The translations under genes were made by a program, and so were the position numbers. 64,000 nucleotides of DNA from contig CBDCXL010000002.1 of NCBI GenBank assembly GCA_965223795.1, positions 992,001 through 1,056,000 on the forward strand, read 5' to 3'. The stretch is from Nitrospinales bacterium. GTDB taxonomy: Bacteria; Nitrospinota; Nitrospinia; Nitrospinales; VA-1. Shown here one piece after another: positions 61,825 to 64,000 of this stretch. A model generated the notes under the pieces. The model worked only from the letters and a program-made list of their open reading frames with translations, searched no databases and was not told the DNA's origin. Position 1 is the first letter of the stretch, and the number at the start of each line of letters is the position of its first letter.

Positions 61825-62604
61825 ATGATGATTCGTTCCGTCTCTGTATTCATCCTGTCGTGTTTTGTTCTGTCCTGCACGCACCCGCCCGCGCCAGCCG
61901 CCGATTCGGCCGCGAACGCGCCGCGTGCGGAAGAAGCGGGGCTGTTTTCCACCTCCTCGTCGGTGTCCAACCAGGAATACCTGCTGGAAGAAGCGGTCAA
62001 ATTGCTCAATGGCATGATCCACGCTCCGCACCGCACCGTGAACCAGGAAATGCTCGGTCACGCCAAGGGCATCGCGCTGTTTCCATTGGTGGTGGAGGAG
62101 GAATACACGAGCAAGGCGGCGTTCGGCAACGGCGTGGTGTCTCTGCGCTCGCCGGATACCGGAGAATGGGGGCCGCCCGTCTTCCACAAACTGATGGGCG
62201 TGACGTTCGGCCAGTGGGCCGGGCTCACCGCCTGGGACATGGTGTTCGTGGTGGTGTCGGATAAAGGCCGCACTGCTTTGACCCGCCCCGCCTACCAGTT
62301 CGGCCAGGAGATCAGCACGGCCTACGGGCCCATGGAAATGCACGCGAAAACCGTCCGCCCCTACCTCAGCAAACGCGATCTTTACGTGTATTCCCGCGCG
62401 CAGGGGGCGTTTGTGGGCATTTCGCCGGGCGGCGGCATGATCAACAACCTGGAAGGGTTCAACAAAAGCCTATATGGAGGCGCCTACACGCCCCAGGATA
62501 TCCTGCTGCAAGAGAAGGACATCCCCCTGCCCCCCGCGGCGAAGAAGTTCATGCAGGAGCTGAACCGGCTCGCGCCTAAGGCCAGCGACAAGAACGCGAC
62601 CTGA
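61825..62604 (+). CDS. Ysc84/SYLF lipid-binding domain lipoprotein
   Basis: LSC lipobox; AKGIALFP, G.GVV..R...GEWGPPVF, YVYSRAQGAFVGIS; RBS GGAGG. Confidence 0.88.
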   Translation: MMIRSVSVFILSCFVLSCTHPPAPAADSAANAPRAEEAGLFSTSSSVSNQEYLLEEAVKLLNGMIHAPHRTVNQEMLGHAKGIALFPLVVEEEYTSKAAFGNGVVSLRSPDTGEWGPPVFHKLMGVTFGQWAGLTAWDMVFVVVSDKGRTALTRPAYQFGQEISTAYGPMEMHAKTVRPYLSKRDLYVYSRAQGAFVGISPGGGMINNLEGFNKSLYGGAYTPQDILLQEKDIPLPPAAKKFMQELNRLAPKASDKNAT

Positions 62605-62635
62605 ACGGCAGACCGGGGGTTCTAAACTCGAATCG

Positions 62636-62676
62636 AAAAAAAAAGCCGATCCGGAATGTTCCGGACCGGCTTTTTT
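62636..62676. terminator. Bidirectional terminator
   Basis: A9-GCCGATCCGGAA/TTCCGGACCGGC-T6 between convergent genes. Confidence 0.85.
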
Positions 62677-62713
62677 CTTTCCGGCAGCGCGTGATCTCAG
62701 CCGGGAGGCCGGT

Positions 62714-63505
62714 TCACTGCGGGATGATGTTGATGAACTTGAGTTTCGGCAGCGTCGCGGCTTTTTCAATCGCCAGGGCGGTGTCGATGTCGATCGGGTT
62801 GTTCACCGCTTCCAGAGTTTCCAGGTTCCTCAAGTTCTGCGATTGCAATATGGCCCGCATGCCTTCAGCGCCGATCTGGTTCTTATAGATATCGAGGCTT
62901 TTCAGATTGCCAAGATGCGGCGAGGTGGCGATCGCTTTGGCGCCCGCGTCGGTGATGCCGTTGCCGTCCACGCTCAACAGGGTCAGCCCGGCGATGTTGG
63001 GCGACTGCATCAGCGCGATCAGGCCTTCGTCGCCGATGCCGTTGCGGGTGAGCTTGAGTTCCTTGAGGTTTTTCAGGTGCGGCGAGTCCGCGAGCTGTTT
63101 CGCCCCGGCGGCGGTGATGCCGTTGCCCCACAGATTGAGCTTCTCAACGTTGGCAAACGTATCCGATCCCGCCAGGATCTTCATGCCCTCGTCCCCCAGC
63201 TTGTTGCCGTGCAGCGCCAGGGAAACGACGTTTTTCAACTCCGGAGTGTTCGCCAGGACGGCCATGCCCTTGACGCCGATCTGCGAGCCGTTGAGATTGA
63301 TTCCCTTGCCGTCCGGGCTGGTGCGCTGCTGAATGTGCTTGGGAATGTCCGCGGGCGGGCCTTTGGGGCGCCCGTAACCGTGATGGCCGCCGCCGGGCTT
63401 GCCGCCTTTGCCGCCGGGAGGACCGCCCCGATCCGCCGCCGTGCCCAGCTCGGCGATCAGAAACACCAGTGCCAGCGGGATCGCCAGCTTCAATAGTTTG
63501 TGCAT
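62714..63505 (-). CDS. Secreted leucine-rich repeat protein (RNI-like)
   Basis: Signal peptide; 28-aa repeats L.L.GN.I.D.G...LA.SP.L.NL. Confidence 0.88.
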   Translation of the reverse strand: MHKLLKLAIPLALVFLIAELGTAADRGGPPGGKGGKPGGGHHGYGRPKGPPADIPKHIQQRTSPDGKGINLNGSQIGVKGMAVLANTPELKNVVSLALHGNKLGDEGMKILAGSDTFANVEKLNLWGNGITAAGAKQLADSPHLKNLKELKLTRNGIGDEGLIALMQSPNIAGLTLLSVDGNGITDAGAKAIATSPHLGNLKSLDIYKNQIGAEGMRAILQSQNLRNLETLEAVNNPIDIDTALAIEKAATLPKLKFINIIPQ

Positions 63506-63521
63506 CGTTTTGTTCTCCAAA

Positions 63522-64000
63522 TCAGGGTCTCAAGACGCAACGGAAGCCGATGTAATTCTGTCTTTGATCGGGAATGGCCTTGCCGCGGATACCCGAACGG
63601 GCGAGGTCCATGTTCGACTGCCAGGACCCGCCCTTGATGACTTTCAATTCGGTGCCGTACATATCGTTTTCGTGCTGGTTGCCTTCGAACGGCAGATACC
63701 AGTCGGTGGTCCATTCGAACACGTTGCCCGCCATATCAAACGCGCCGTAAGGACTTTTGCCTTCCTCGATTTCACCCACCGGTGCGGGATAGCGAAAGCC
63801 GTCTTCCATGCCGCGCACGTTGGACAGGGTCGCGTCGTTCTCGTTGCCCCAGGGATAGTACCTGCCGTCGGTGCCGCGGGCGGCTTTTTCCCACTCTTCT
63901 TCGGTGGGCAGCCGCTTGCCTTTCCACTTGCAGTACTTCACGGCCTCCTGCCAGGTGATGCCCACCACCGGCTGATCGGGCTGGCTGAAGCGGGTGTTGT
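63522..64000 (-). CDS. FGE-sulfatase domain protein, 5'-truncated by window edge
   Basis: [33 protein letters not shown]. Confidence 0.9.
   Translation of the reverse strand, partial: NTRFSQPDQPVVGITWQEAVKYCKWKGKRLPTEEEWEKAARGTDGRYYPWGNENDATLSNVRGMEDGFRYPAPVGEIEEGKSPYGAFDMAGNVFEWTTDWYLPFEGNQHENDMYGTELKVIKGGSWQSNMDLARSGIRGKAIPDQRQNYIGFRCVLRP

Overview
Bacterial chromosomal window, GC-rich with a visibly more AT-rich block after tRNA-Phe. The many FGE-sulfatase proteins, multiheme cytochrome and csrA-fliW suggest a Nitrospina-like organism (inference only). 1-21.5 kb: housekeeping and envelope genes (cspA, yajQ, HD-GYP regulator, aldo/keto reductase, K+ channel, YhaO/YhaN pair, TetR-MMPL-LolA-like-barrel operon, tetraheme cytochrome c, csrA/fliW). 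21.7-34.6 kb: island-like block after tRNA-Phe (HtrA protease, two multi-BON proteins, one frameshifted, and a chaperone-usher pilus with DUF4402-like subunits). 35-39 kb: secreted caspase-like/coiled-coil/2xFGE protein. The highlight is 40.7-61 kb, a curli-like functional-amyloid locus: four tandem curlin genes, each a self-contained cassette (CCATGCATGG palindrome, sigma54 -24/-12 promoter, gene, terminator), a co-regulated DxDxDG secreted protein, a divergent CsgG-family gene and two chimeric curlin-repeat proteins. It is flanked on one side by a membrane-anchored CHASE2-sigma54 activator with a DUF4384-like partner, and on the other by a Crp / CHASE2-cyclase / FecR / TPR-barrel module. No csgD, csgE or csgF was recognised. 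All domain calls are by eye from motifs; no database search was run.
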